Source: Candidatus Velthaea sp.
Lineage (GTDB): Bacteria; Vulcanimicrobiota; Vulcanimicrobiia; Vulcanimicrobiales; Vulcanimicrobiaceae
Assembly (NCBI GenBank): GCA_050012475.1
Contig: JBEKHC010000068.1
Location: 1-28,267 of the forward strand
Direction: 5' to 3'
DNA length: 28,267 bases
In this document: positions 10,391-20,682 of the stretch, in pieces
Numbering within the stretch: position 1 is the stretch's first letter
Layout: each line of letters opens with the position of its first letter
The notes under the pieces: model-generated
Seen by the model: only the letters and a program-made list of their open reading frames with translations
What the model was told of the DNA's origin: nothing
Database searches by the model: none
Made by a program: the position numbers and the translations under genes

Positions 10391-10396
10391 AGGAGG
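10391..10396 (+). promoter_or_regulatory. Shine-Dalgarno sequence of the ABC transporter operon
   Basis: AGGAGG 4 nt upstream of ATG 10401. Confidence 0.75.
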
Positions 10397-10400
10397 ACGC

Positions 10401-11423
10401 ATGTTCAATTCGCGACGCGATTTCATCCGCACGGTCACGGCTTCGACCGCCGGCGCGGCGGCATTCTTGGGCGGTTTGGGAGTCGATCCGGCCGTCGCCG
10501 CCGACATGATGTCGGCCACCGGGCGTTCGACCAAGCCGCTCAAGGCAGCATTCTCGAATGCCGGTTTGCAAGCCACCTGGTGCGCTCAAGGAAAACAAGC
10601 CGCCGAAGCCTGGGGCAAACTCTACAACGTTGAGGTCACCTGGTTCGACGGTCAGCTCAGCGCAACGAGTCAGCGCACCGCGATCGATAACATGGCATCC
10701 CAGAAGTGGGACTTCGTTGCGATTCAGGCCTTCGGCATCGGCACCCTCACTGCGCCGGTGAACAAGATGATCGCTGCGGGCATCCCGGTGATCGATCTGG
10801 ATACGCTGATCGCTCCGCTGGACTCGATCCAGGTCCACAGCTTCCTGGCACCGGACAACGAGTTCATGGGCGCCGCCGTAACACAGGCGCTCATCGACGG
10901 CATCGGCGGCAAAGGCACGATCACGATGACGCAAGGCGCGCTCGGACATACCGGCGCCCAAGGGCGCGCGCGCGGCTTCAACGCGATCGTCGCGAAATAC
11001 CCGAACGTCAAAGTGCTCGACACCACGCCGGCGGATTGGGACGTCACCAAGACGGCCCGCATTTGGGAAACGCTGCTGACCAAATATCCGAAGATCGACG
11101 CGGCGTACTTCCACAACGACGACATGGCACTGGCGGCGATCAACGTGATGAAAACGCACGGCAAGACGTCGATCCTCGTCGGCGGCTGCGATGCGATGCC
11201 GCCGGCGCTTGCCGCAGTCTCCGACGGCCGCATGCACGCGACGGTCCGCAATCCGTCGTGCCGCATCCACGGCGGCGCGATCGTCGCGGGTGTCGCCGCG
11301 GTGATCAACGGCGAGAAGACCGGCCCCGGCGGCATTCCCAAGCACATCATCACCGACGGTCCGGTCGTCACCAAGGCCAACGCACCGGGCATGGCCTGGA
11401 TGGAACAGAACTTCCTCATCTGA
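10401..11423 (+). CDS. Sugar/polyol ABC transporter substrate-binding protein (RbsB-like), Tat signal
   Basis: Twin-arginine signal SRRDFI with AVA-A cleavage. Periplasmic-binding-protein type I motifs AGIPVIDLD, PDNEFMG, ADWD and HNDDMALAA. Confidence 0.93.
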   Translation: MFNSRRDFIRTVTASTAGAAAFLGGLGVDPAVAADMMSATGRSTKPLKAAFSNAGLQATWCAQGKQAAEAWGKLYNVEVTWFDGQLSATSQRTAIDNMASQKWDFVAIQAFGIGTLTAPVNKMIAAGIPVIDLDTLIAPLDSIQVHSFLAPDNEFMGAAVTQALIDGIGGKGTITMTQGALGHTGAQGRARGFNAIVAKYPNVKVLDTTPADWDVTKTARIWETLLTKYPKIDAAYFHNDDMALAAINVMKTHGKTSILVGGCDAMPPALAAVSDGRMHATVRNPSCRIHGGAIVAGVAAVINGEKTGPGGIPKHIITDGPVVTKANAPGMAWMEQNFLI

Positions 11424-11457
11424 AGCCCGAGCTACCGTCCGCACAGGAGCGAATCGC

Positions 11458-12963
11458 GTGACGCCTTCAGGTCCGCCGAACGTCCTCGAAATGAATGGAA
11501 TCGGAAAGACGTTCGGCGGCGTGATCGCGTTGCGCGATGTCGACTTTGCTTTGCGCGCGGGCGAAATCCATGGACTCGTCGGTGAGAACGGCGCCGGCAA
11601 AAGCACGCTCATGAAGATCATCGCGGGCGTCCATGCCGAGCACGACGGCACGATGCGCGTCAACGGGCGCGAGGCGGCGTTTCGCTCGGCCAGCGACGCG
11701 CTCGCCGCCGGAATCGGGATGGTTCACCAAGAGCTTAGCGTCGTGCCCGAACTCACGGTCGCCGAGAACGTGTTCTTGGGCACGCAACCGACGACCAAAC
11801 TCGGCGTCGTCGATTGGCCGTTCATGTTTCGCGAGGCCCACCAGCAGCTGTCGCAACTTGGCATCGACGTGAACGTGCGCGCGACCATGGGGACGCTGCC
11901 ATTAGGCGTGCAGCAGCTCATCGAACTGGGCCGCGTGCTGTTCTCGGGCGCCGAGATCATTATTTTGGACGAGCCGACCTCGGCGCTCTCGCCGCCCGAG
12001 ATCAAGCGGCTCTTCGACACCTTGCGCCATTTGCGCGAGACCGGCAAGAGCATCATTTTCATCTCGCACTTTCTGGACGACGTGCTCGCGGTCTGCGACA
12101 CGGTAACCGTCTTTCGCAACGGTCGCAAGATCGCCACGATGCCGTGTGCTCACGTCGACAAGCACTGGGTCATCGAGAGCATGATCGGAACCGGTCATGA
12201 AGATCTCGAAGAGAGCTATACCAGCGAGCGCCGGTTGGAGGCGCCGCCCGATGGGCCGATCGTGCTCGAATCCGAGGGCTTGAGCAAGCTGGGGGCATTC
12301 AGCGACGTCTCGCTGAACGTGCGCGCCGGTGAAGTGCTGGGCATCTACGGCTTCATGGGTTCGGGGCAGCTCGAGTTCGCGCGGGCATTGTTCGGCAAAA
12401 TCGTCGCCGACGCCGGAACGATTCGGGTCGCCGGCAAAACGCTGCGCGCGCGCAACACGGCCGCCGCCAAGCGCGCCGGGATCGCGCTGGTCCCGGAAAG
12501 CCGGCGCAGCATGCTGTTTGCGCTCGAACCGGTCTTCAAGAACGTGTCGATCAGCATTTTGGAACGGCTGTCCGCCTTCTTGCTGCGTCCGGCGGCAGAA
12601 CGGCGCATCGCGCAAGAACATGTGACGCAACTGCATATCAGACCGCCGCACGTCGAACTGCCGTTGGGAACGCTGTCGGGCGGCAATCAGCAAAAGGTCG
12701 CGCTGGCGAAGTGGTTGGCTTACGTGCCCAAGGTCTTGGTGCTGTGCGAGCCGACCCGCGGAATGGACGTCGGCGCCAAAGACGACGTCGTGAAGATCGT
12801 GCGCGGCCTGCGCGATGCCGGTATGGCGGTCATCGTGGTCTCGACCGAACCGGAAACCGTGCTTTCCCTCGCCGACCGCATCGTCGTCATGAAGAAGGGC
12901 TGCGTCGTGCGCGAATTTACCAACGAAGCGGTCAGCAAAGACCGGCTGCTGGGCGCGGCATAA
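11458..12963 (+). CDS. Sugar ABC transporter ATP-binding protein (RbsA/MglA type, two NBDs)
   Basis: GENGAGKST, ILDEPT, FISHFLD, LSGGNQQKVALAKWL and EPTRGMDVGAK. Start is GTG 11458 or a nearby ATG. Confidence 0.95.
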   Translation: MTPSGPPNVLEMNGIGKTFGGVIALRDVDFALRAGEIHGLVGENGAGKSTLMKIIAGVHAEHDGTMRVNGREAAFRSASDALAAGIGMVHQELSVVPELTVAENVFLGTQPTTKLGVVDWPFMFREAHQQLSQLGIDVNVRATMGTLPLGVQQLIELGRVLFSGAEIIILDEPTSALSPPEIKRLFDTLRHLRETGKSIIFISHFLDDVLAVCDTVTVFRNGRKIATMPCAHVDKHWVIESMIGTGHEDLEESYTSERRLEAPPDGPIVLESEGLSKLGAFSDVSLNVRAGEVLGIYGFMGSGQLEFARALFGKIVADAGTIRVAGKTLRARNTAAAKRAGIALVPESRRSMLFALEPVFKNVSISILERLSAFLLRPAAERRIAQEHVTQLHIRPPHVELPLGTLSGGNQQKVALAKWLAYVPKVLVLCEPTRGMDVGAKDDVVKIVRGLRDAGMAVIVVSTEPETVLSLADRIVVMKKGCVVREFTNEAVSKDRLLGAA

Positions 12964-13994
12964 TGCAGGTCACGGACGCCGTCAAGCCGCCGCAACGCGG
13001 GTCGCTCAAAGATTGGCTGCGCGGCCGGTTGCGCAACATCGCACCGTTTGCGACCTTGCTCTTCCTCGTCGTTTTCTTTTCGTTTTCGAGTCCGTCGTTT
13101 CCAACGTGGGACAATCTCGGCAACATCCTCACGCAGATCTCCGTCACCGGCATCATCGCCGTCGGATTGACGTTCGTCATCTTATGCGCGGAGATCGATC
13201 TCTCGGTCGCCAGCATTGCCAACACGACGGGCGTCGTGCTGGCGTATTTTACCCTGCAAGATCCGAGCACCAATATTGCGAATCGGCCGCTGCCGGGGCT
13301 TGCGGCGATCGTTCTTTCGATCGTGGCTTGCTTTGCTCTCGGGCTCGTGAATGCGTTCGGTATCACGCGCATTGGGATTCCGTCGTTCATCATGACGCTG
13401 GCGATGCTGCAGATCGGCAACGGCATCACCGCACTGCTCGTGCGCGGGCAGATCGCCTATAACGTGCCGCCGGTCATCGCGACACTGGGGAACGGCAGCT
13501 TGGGGCCGGTGCCCTGGATCGTCATTTGCGCTGCGGTTACTTTACTGATCGGTCACTTGGTGCTCACCTACACGCGCTTCGGCCGCTATGTCTACATGGT
13601 TGGCGGCAACCGCGAAGCGGCTGAATACTCGGGTGTCAACGTCAAACGCATCGTGGCCGCCGTGATGATCATCTCGGCGGTTTGCTCGGGCATTGCCGGC
13701 ATGCTCGGCGTGGCGCACTTGGGCAGCGGTCAGCAGAACGAGTTCGACAACTATCTGCTTGATTCAATCTCGGCGGTGGTCGTCGGCGGAACGAGCCTCT
13801 TCGGCGGTCAGGGCTCGATCGGCAATACGATCGTGGGGCTCTTCGTTTTGGGCGTCCTCAATAACGGCCTCGACCACATCTCCATCGACAGCTTTTTGAA
13901 GGTTCTGATCCGCGGGCTGATCCTGCTCGCGGCACTGATCATCAATGTTTACGCCCAACGGCTGCGCTCGGAGCAGGCGGCGCCGGCGGCTTAA
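12963..13994 (+). CDS. Sugar ABC transporter permease (RbsC type)
   Basis: ATG 12963 overlaps the ATPase stop (TAATG). Motifs EIDLSV, IPSFIMTL, TRFGRYVYMVGGNREAAEYSGV and ISAVVVGGTSLFGG, with multiple TM helices. Confidence 0.95.
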   Translation: MQVTDAVKPPQRGSLKDWLRGRLRNIAPFATLLFLVVFFSFSSPSFPTWDNLGNILTQISVTGIIAVGLTFVILCAEIDLSVASIANTTGVVLAYFTLQDPSTNIANRPLPGLAAIVLSIVACFALGLVNAFGITRIGIPSFIMTLAMLQIGNGITALLVRGQIAYNVPPVIATLGNGSLGPVPWIVICAAVTLLIGHLVLTYTRFGRYVYMVGGNREAAEYSGVNVKRIVAAVMIISAVCSGIAGMLGVAHLGSGQQNEFDNYLLDSISAVVVGGTSLFGGQGSIGNTIVGLFVLGVLNNGLDHISIDSFLKVLIRGLILLAALIINVYAQRLRSEQAAPAA

Positions 13995-14653
13995 GTGCTC
14001 CTTAACGGTAACATAAAAGAATGTGGACTCTGTTAAGCTCTGTTCACATTACGCACAGCTAAAAGCGATCCGGCTGTGGATAATCGGTCCAATTGCGGCA
14101 AATTTCGCCGGCCGGGAATGCTCCAAACGCGCGCCTGATTTGATGCGACGGAGGGCAAAGACGCCGGCCTTTCGGCCTCTCGCCAAAAATTATCGCGACG
14201 CGTCGCCGCTCTTTGTCGCGCACACGCGAAATTATGCCGGTGGGCCCGCGGAGACCGAATGACGGGCGTTTTCAGGCGGCGCTCGCCGTCCTTGCGGGGT
14301 TGTAGGACGAACGTAAGAGGTCGCACCAGGCGATTTCCACCGTCCTTTCCCCATAAATGAGAGTAGCGTCCGGATGCGGCGTTTGGGTGGCAAAGCAGGG
14401 CGTCCGGCGAGGTGTTCGAGCTTCTTGAGAACGACTTGTAACAAGCCGGACGAACAAGAGAAAACCGCCTGGAATACCCGAAAAGGGCGGAAAATACCGT
14501 GTGATCGGCATCTGCGGGCCGATCGAAGGGCTAAAGTGCGGCCCGCTCCTTGCCGAAGCGAGCCTCCAACATGCGCCGTCGAGCCGCTCGCTCGCTTTGG
14601 TTATTCACAGGAGCAGGCGGGTCTCGTGCCGCAGCGGACGCGCTGCGGCGGCG

Positions 14654-16453
14654 TCACTGGATGCGCACGCTGAGCGAGAAGCTTCCGGTGTTGTTTGGGC
14701 TATTGAAATCCAGCGTGCCCGAGAACGTGAATTTTACGCCGGTTACCGTTCGATCGTAGTTCGCGGGAGCGCCTCCGGCGCCGCTCGCCGGAGTGTAGGT
14801 CCAGGACGATGTCGCGAGGTTCGCGTCGTTGGAGTATTGCACCGTATAGGTAAGGTTTTTACCGGTCGCGCTGACCGAGCCGAGTTGAAAATCGGTGTTG
14901 GCCGGGATCGGATCGACGATCGACACGTTCTGGGCCGGCATCACGCCCGAGTTGGTGAACAGGCCGGTATAGGTGAGCGCCGTTCCCGGTGCTTGGACGC
15001 CGCTGGGAGATACGCTGAGGACCGTCGCGATCACTGGTCCCGGCGGCGTGCTGCCGACCAAAACATTCGGGCCGAATTCCGACGTTCCGTCGGCGGCCAG
15101 ATATTCGATTGCCGTCAGCAGGCTGCCGACACTTACGTTGCTGGGCGCGGGCAGCGAGAATAAGAAGCGGTTCGCCGTATCGGTTCCCACGCTGGTGTTT
15201 CCGCCCGGAACCGTGTAGGTGCTTGGATTTGCGTAAGTGCCGGTCGCGCTCGTCGTAAGATAGGTTTTCCCTTGCCCGAAACCGCTGGCCGGAGTCGTAT
15301 CGGCGACGTAGATTTCGATCGTGGCGCCGGCGCGCGCGTAGCCGGTGAAGATGAGATTCCCGTTGACGATCGAGGCGGCGTCGACGATCGGAAAGTTGAA
15401 CAGGTTGTCGCCGCCCGTTCCAACGCCGCCGCTGCGGTTGGGCGTAATGAACGGCGCCGTTCCGGTTCCGCCAGCGTCGCCGCTGCCTTCTAAATCGATG
15501 CCGATCTCGCCGGATGCCGCCGCTCCGTTCGCTGCCGCGATCGTACCGTTGGCGAAGATGCTGTTTTGCGAGATCGTGTTCTGCGTCGAACCGTTCGCGA
15601 CGAGGATTCCGGCGCCGTAGTTCGCCGTAATGATATTCTGCGAGATGATGTTCGCGCTGCCGACGAGCGCAATGCCCGGCGTCTGGGTTGGCGCCGTGCC
15701 CGCGATCGATATGCCGTTCCCGCTTATCGTGTTGTTTTGAATGGTGAGCGAACCGGTCGTGCCGCTCGCTGCAATGCCGCTGGCGGGGTTGCCGGCGATC
15801 AGATTTCCCGACACCGTCGAACCGGTGGTCGACGCAAGTGCGATCCCGGCATAGCTCGAGCTTCCCTGCGCGGAGCGAATCTCGTTGCCGCTGATCGTCC
15901 AGCCGGAGGTCGTCGTCAGGGCGATCGGCGAGCCGCTCATATAGCCGAGCATGTTGTTTTGAATCGTTCCGCCGCCGCTGCCGCTGACGGCGATCCCATT
16001 GCCACCGGCGCCGTTGCCGCTCGAGAACGCCGTCGCGCTGGTGCCGATGACGTCGTTGACGATCTTGGTTCCGGACGTGCTGCTCCCGCTGACCGTGATG
16101 TCGCCGCTGGTGGTGCCGCCGCCCGTACCAAAACCGGAGATCGCGATGCCGCGAACGGTAACGTTGCTCGCCGCGATCGCGAGACCAGTCGCGACCGACG
16201 ATGTGCCGGCCAGCTGCACGGTCGGCCGATTGATCGTTGCCAGGGCCGTGGATGCCGTGCCGACGGTCCCCCCGGTGCCCCACGTCCCGCCGTTCGTACT
16301 GCCGTCGTCGCTCGTTTCCGTCGTGCCGTCGACGACCGTGCCCGCGTTCGAGATCGTCGGCAGTGCGCTGCTCACCGAGATCGTTGCGACCCCGGACGCC
16401 AGCAGGTTACTTCCGGCGTGCAGGCCGTTGTGCGCCGTGCCGTTCCCGATCAT
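14654..16453 (-). CDS. C-terminal segment of a frameshifted large exported adhesin-like protein: right-handed beta-helix, Ig-like domain and C-terminal DUF11-like domain
   Basis: Beta-helix repeats ([42 protein letters not shown]), GIDL..NFP, GTSEFG, then [31 protein letters not shown]. This segment has no signal peptide of its own. Confidence 0.8.
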   Translation of the reverse strand: MIGNGTAHNGLHAGSNLLASGVATISVSSALPTISNAGTVVDGTTETSDDGSTNGGTWGTGGTVGTASTALATINRPTVQLAGTSSVATGLAIAASNVTVRGIAISGFGTGGGTTSGDITVSGSSTSGTKIVNDVIGTSATAFSSGNGAGGNGIAVSGSGGGTIQNNMLGYMSGSPIALTTTSGWTISGNEIRSAQGSSSYAGIALASTTGSTVSGNLIAGNPASGIAASGTTGSLTIQNNTISGNGISIAGTAPTQTPGIALVGSANIISQNIITANYGAGILVANGSTQNTISQNSIFANGTIAAANGAAASGEIGIDLEGSGDAGGTGTAPFITPNRSGGVGTGGDNLFNFPIVDAASIVNGNLIFTGYARAGATIEIYVADTTPASGFGQGKTYLTTSATGTYANPSTYTVPGGNTSVGTDTANRFLFSLPAPSNVSVGSLLTAIEYLAADGTSEFGPNVLVGSTPPGPVIATVLSVSPSGVQAPGTALTYTGLFTNSGVMPAQNVSIVDPIPANTDFQLGSVSATGKNLTYTVQYSNDANLATSSWTYTPASGAGGAPANYDRTVTGVKFTFSGTLDFNSPNNTGSFSLSVRIQ

Positions 16454-17625
16454 GGCGCAACGCCGCCCAACGCATCGGCGTTGGTGAGGAACTGAGCAAA
16501 ACTTCCTTGGCCGCTCGCGTTGACGTTGACGATCGTGTCGAAATTGAAGCCGAAATCGATGCCGATGATGCCGGACGTCGACGGCACCGCCGCCGACGCG
16601 ATCGATTGCGCGGTCGTGCCCGTCGCCGTCAAACTGGTCAAGGTCGCGTTGCTGGTATTCGCCGCCGCGTCGGAGAGACTGGGCGTCTCGCCGCCGACGT
16701 GGTCGGTCACCGCGACCGCAGTGCCGCTCGTGGCGGTCGTTCGATAGGTTTGCACGGGGATGATTCCGGCCGTGGACCCGCCGGTTCGCGACGATGTCGT
16801 CGGCGTGACGACGCGAACGGTGTACGTGCTGCTGAGGTTCACGAGAAAGACGTAGCTGCCGCCCGTCACCGTGGTCGTCGCCGAAACGAATGCGCCGGCT
16901 TGCGAATAGAGTTCGACCCGCACGCCGGCCAGGCCGACGCAGCCCGCGGTTGACTTCGCCCGGCCCGAACCGCCGCCGTAGTTGACATCCTCGAACACGG
17001 CTCCGGAGAGCGCTACCTGCCCGAAGCTCAGATAGTACGAGCCCGGGGCGCTGGCATTCACGGTCGCGCCGCAAAACGACGCGTTGCACGTTAGCGCGAT
17101 CGGAACCAGCGCCGCGGGAGTCTGGAACGTCGGATCGCCGAGGGACACCCAGAGCTGCGGATTCGGGATGCCCGTGAACGTGTTGGCCGGTACTTGGATG
17201 GCGATCTGCGAGGTATTGGTCAACTGCGCGAGCCAGACGCGCGCCATCCGGTAGATGCCCGAATAGTTGGCCATCGTCGTCGAACCGCCGTTGTCGCCCC
17301 AGACCAAAAACGTCTTGTCGCTGCCGAACGCCGCGTTTGCCGTCTGCGACGCCGTCGAGACCGACGTCCCGGTGGAGAACGTAATATCGACGGTGTTTCC
17401 GCTGGCGACCGAATTGATCGAGTGTGAAACGCGCTGATCCAGACCCGATGCGTCGTCGCGCCCGATCGCTTCCATATCGTGCTGATAGGTCGCGTTCCCC
17501 GTCCAGATGATCGCGCCGTTGCTGGCGTAGTAGTTCTCGGCAACGCTGGTATTCGTTTGCGCGTTGTAGCCCAGCGTTATGCCGTATTTGATCGCCAAGT
17601 ACGATCGGATCTGCTGGATCTGCGT
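16450..17625 (-). CDS. Middle segment of the same frameshifted protein (end of LamG-like domain, accessory beta-domain, SdrD-B-like domain)
   Basis: [66 protein letters not shown], and [27 protein letters not shown]. Confidence 0.78.
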   Translation of the reverse strand, partial: TQIQQIRSYLAIKYGITLGYNAQTNTSVAENYYASNGAIIWTGNATYQHDMEAIGRDDASGLDQRVSHSINSVASGNTVDITFSTGTSVSTASQTANAAFGSDKTFLVWGDNGGSTTMANYSGIYRMARVWLAQLTNTSQIAIQVPANTFTGIPNPQLWVSLGDPTFQTPAALVPIALTCNASFCGATVNASAPGSYYLSFGQVALSGAVFEDVNYGGGSGRAKSTAGCVGLAGVRVELYSQAGAFVSATTTVTGGSYVFLVNLSSTYTVRVVTPTTSSRTGGSTAGIIPVQTYRTTATSGTAVAVTDHVGGETPSLSDAAANTSNATLTSLTATGTTAQSIASAAVPSTSGIIGIDFGFNFDTIVNVNASGQGSFAQFLTNADALGGVAP

Positions 17626-18491
17626 CCCGTCAGCGCCGCAGCAAGATTTTTGTAATAGACGATCTCATCGATCGAGCCGGTGAAGAGGTTTCCCGTTGCA
17701 CCGTTCGAAGTGCGGCCGCCGAGGTCGAACTGCGCTGTCGCGGTCACCGCGCCCGCTGGTGAAACCGAGGTGCTGATGCCGTTTTGCGAGATCGTCGCGC
17801 CCGTGCCGGAACCGGCCGCGGAGTAGGCATCATCGCTCTGAATCGTCGTCCCGGCGGGGACGGAAAACGAACCTTGGCCCTGGTTCGTGCTGGTGTCGAC
17901 GCCGTAAAAGCCGTTCGAGAAGCTGAGCCCTTGGGCCGGGCCGCTCGCCCCATTGTAACCCGAGAGGACGTCGCCGAATGACGTCGCGGGCGGCGCGGCG
18001 ACGCTCGAATTGGAAACCGCGAAAATATAGCTGTTGGCGCCCGCGAACGCGCTCGCTGAAAGCGAACCGCGCAGCCACTGCGTCGCGCCGTCGAACCTCA
18101 GGCCGGCATTGTAGTTGGCATCTTGCGAAAGTGCGCCCGGGCTGACGGCACCGCTGGGCGGCGATGCGGTGACGGCCGATGAGCTGTGGTCCGTCCACGT
18201 GCCGGCGACGGAATTGAAGTCGCCGGCGCGATACCACAGCGTCGGCGCGACGCCGCCGGGCCCGACGGTCGTGGTCGACGCCTGGGCACGCGCCGCGACC
18301 AACGACAAAAAGACGACGAGGCAAACGAGCCATGCTGCTGCTGGGCCGCCCGCACTCCGTACTCGTGGCCCGGCATTGCGCGCTGCGGGCTTCGGGCTCG
18401 GTCCGGGCATCAGGGCGAAGTGGCCGCCGATCCGTTCGAAAGCGAATGCTTCATGCCTGTCTTCATCGGCAGCATTGCCGGGAACGTTCAT
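17577..18491 (-). CDS. N-terminal segment of the frameshifted adhesin: signal peptide and LamG/concanavalin-A-like domain
   Basis: Hydrophobic signal [18 protein letters not shown], then [25 protein letters not shown] and [15 protein letters not shown]. The frame shifts at about 17626. The start is uncertain (18491 or a later ATG). Confidence 0.78.
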   Translation of the reverse strand: MNVPGNAADEDRHEAFAFERIGGHFALMPGPSPKPAARNAGPRVRSAGGPAAAWLVCLVVFLSLVAARAQASTTTVGPGGVAPTLWYRAGDFNSVAGTWTDHSSSAVTASPPSGAVSPGALSQDANYNAGLRFDGATQWLRGSLSASAFAGANSYIFAVSNSSVAAPPATSFGDVLSGYNGASGPAQGLSFSNGFYGVDTSTNQGQGSFSVPAGTTIQSDDAYSAAGSGTGATISQNGISTSVSPAGAVTATAQFDLGGRTSNGATGNLFTGSIDEIVYYKNLAAALTGRRSSRSDRTWRSNTA

Positions 18492-18525
18492 GTCGCCTGC
18501 TCTCGCGTCGAAAGAACGCGCGTTG

Positions 18526-20682
18526 CTATTTCACTTGGACCATGAAGGAGACGGTGCCGCTGGTGTTCGCTGCGAGCGATGCGATCGTGTCGGTGAATTT
18601 CGTCGAACCGGCGGCCGTTCCGCCGCTGTAGCCGGCGAGCGTTCCGCCATTCGAATCAACCGGCGTCGCGTATAAACCGTTCGTGTTCGCGGCCCAGTTG
18701 TTCGTGTAGGCCGTGCCGCCCGATCCGCCGCTTGCGGTGCCGTCTTCGGTGATCACGACGTTGCTGGCGCTGAGCGCAACGCTGTTCGTGCCGCCGGCCG
18801 GCGACACGTTTTTGTAGGTCACGGTGTATTGCACGCAATCGCCGGGTTTGGCGGTCGTTGCATTGGCGGTGAACGAGGGGCTTCCCGAGCACGCTTGGCC
18901 CGAGGCGACGGCAACGCTCTTGACGAGTTGAAGGAAGCCGCCCACGAGGAACTCGTCGTTGGTCACGTCAGACTTCGTTGCGTCGTTGCCCGACGTTGCG
19001 GTGACCGGCACATCATAGGGCGAGAAGGCGGTGAACGTCGTGGCGCTGGCCGGCGGCGTCAAGACGACGTAGTACGTCACCGTCGCGGCCGAGCCGACGG
19101 CCAGCGTGGTTATCGCCGATCCGCCCGGCGTTGCTTTGAACGTTACCGTCCAGCCGGAGGGCAGCGCCGTGTTCGTGCTCGTGAGCGTGAACGTATCGTT
19201 GGTGTTCCCCGTGTTCTCGACGCTGTTGGTGAACGAAATGGACGCCGCATTCGCGGGCACGCTGACGGTGGATCCGTTGACCGTGCTGGTCAGGTTGCCG
19301 CCGTTGGTATAGCTCACGACCGTGTAGTCCGTCGCCGTGGTGCCGTCGGCACCAGTCGCGCCCGGGTTTGCGTTCGGGCCGTTGAGCACGGCTGCCGTGG
19401 TGGCCGCCGCCGCTGCCGAGGCCGAGGCCGCGCCGTTGAGCGTTGCGGTGGTGTTGGCGATCGCCGGAGCCGTTTGCGTCGTCGTCGCGCTCTCGGTGTT
19501 GGCGATCGTCGTCAGGGTGATGCCTGGGCCTTCGATGAAACCCGAGCTATCGCCGAAGAGCGAGTTGGCGACGTCGGTGACCGCGGTCGCGTTGCCCGCG
19601 CCGCTCGCCGCCGACGACGTCAGCGAGAAGTTGAACGACAGCTGCGGGGTCGGAACCGAACCATGCGACGAACCCGCGTTCGCGCTGAACGCCCCGACGC
19701 CGGTGGACGGAACCCATACGCCGATGTAGGCCGCACCGGTTTGGGTGGTGGTCCAGGTCGTGCCGTCGATGGAATAGATGAATTGCGCGCCGGTCGGCTG
19801 CGTCACGAACGCCGGGGTGCCGCTGATCGTCAGCTGCGTTCCGTTGTACGAGGGCAGTTTGTCGGTGACGATGATGCCCGCGCCGGTAATGCCGGACCCG
19901 GCCGGTAACCCGCTACGATTCACCGCGACCACCGCGCGGCCGCCGCCGTTGGCGTAGCTGAGCGTGTATTTGGCCAGCGTCGATCCGCTGGGCGGGACGA
20001 CGGTGACTTGCGCGTCCAGCCGCGCGTCGGCAACGAGCGTGTCAGAGTATTCGCCGACGACGGCGGTCGAGGTCGCGGCCGTCGTCCCGGTTCCGGCGGG
20101 TTGGGTGATGGTGGACGTGAGTTCGGTCGTGATGGTTCCGGTCGCGCCGGAGTTGGCGGTATAGGTCACGCCGACCGTGATCGAATTCGTCGTGGCGGTG
20201 AGAAACGGACCGCCGCTGTTGCCGGTCGAGAGATACGTATTGACGGCCGCCACGGTGGTAAACGTTTGGGCGGTTTGACCGGGAACGCTGACGAGGTACG
20301 AGCCGAAGCTGGCCGAACCGCTGGTCACGCCGTCATCGGTGCCCTGCACGCCGCTCAAGGCGAAATAGCCCGAGCTGTTGCCGGCGTTGGTGAGCGTGTA
20401 CGTTTCGGTGACCGTGCCGCCCGCGCTGATGGTCGTCGATCCGGGCGTGCCTTGCGCGGGCGAAACGCTGAGCGCCGGCGCGTTTTGCACCGTCGTCGTG
20501 ACGGTGTTCGATTGCGTGGTATAGGCCGTCGCGTTGCTGTCGGAGTACGCTGCGCTGGACGTATTGCTGATGACTGTTCCCGCCGTCGTTGCGGCCGCGG
20601 CAGGAACGCTCAAGAAGAGGCCGATGCCGAGCGTCCCGAGCCCGGTCGCGAGTGTGACGCGCCACTGCTTGCCGAACGTCAT
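18526..20682 (-). CDS. Exported Thr/Ser/Gly-rich multi-beta-sandwich protein with DUF11-type repeats (putative major fibre subunit)
   Basis: Sec signal ending VPAAA-A and N-terminal AGTVISNTSSAAY. Internal TYTLTNAGN, IIVTDKLP and FTNSVENTGNTNDTFTL. C-terminal LQLVKSV..AKPGDCVQYTVTYKN..VVITED..LAANTSGTVSFMVQVK. ATGA overlap with the upstream gene. Confidence 0.85.
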   Translation of the reverse strand: MTFGKQWRVTLATGLGTLGIGLFLSVPAAAATTAGTVISNTSSAAYSDSNATAYTTQSNTVTTTVQNAPALSVSPAQGTPGSTTISAGGTVTETYTLTNAGNSSGYFALSGVQGTDDGVTSGSASFGSYLVSVPGQTAQTFTTVAAVNTYLSTGNSGGPFLTATTNSITVGVTYTANSGATGTITTELTSTITQPAGTGTTAATSTAVVGEYSDTLVADARLDAQVTVVPPSGSTLAKYTLSYANGGGRAVVAVNRSGLPAGSGITGAGIIVTDKLPSYNGTQLTISGTPAFVTQPTGAQFIYSIDGTTWTTTQTGAAYIGVWVPSTGVGAFSANAGSSHGSVPTPQLSFNFSLTSSAASGAGNATAVTDVANSLFGDSSGFIEGPGITLTTIANTESATTTQTAPAIANTTATLNGAASASAAAAATTAAVLNGPNANPGATGADGTTATDYTVVSYTNGGNLTSTVNGSTVSVPANAASISFTNSVENTGNTNDTFTLTSTNTALPSGWTVTFKATPGGSAITTLAVGSAATVTYYVVLTPPASATTFTAFSPYDVPVTATSGNDATKSDVTNDEFLVGGFLQLVKSVAVASGQACSGSPSFTANATTAKPGDCVQYTVTYKNVSPAGGTNSVALSASNVVITEDGTASGGSGGTAYTNNWAANTNGLYATPVDSNGGTLAGYSGGTAAGSTKFTDTIASLAANTSGTVSFMVQVK

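Noticed and set aside
10305..11663. Long antisense or alternate-frame ORFs (also 14859..16283, 18829..19908, 22027..23322, 24871..25938)
   Set aside because: Typical shadow ORFs of GC-rich genes, with no motifs and fully overlapping well-supported CDSs.
12711..12962. Upstream extension of the permease, and likewise the starts at 26174 and 27085 for the recombinase-like and ADH genes
   Set aside because: These extensions overlap real upstream genes in another frame; the coupled starts at 12963, 26321 and 27172 fit much better.
16454..17089. N-terminal 212 aa of the listed 811-aa ORF 14654..17089
   Set aside because: Arg-rich off-frame translation overlapping the real coding frame (16450..17625); only the part from MIGNG onward is protein-like.
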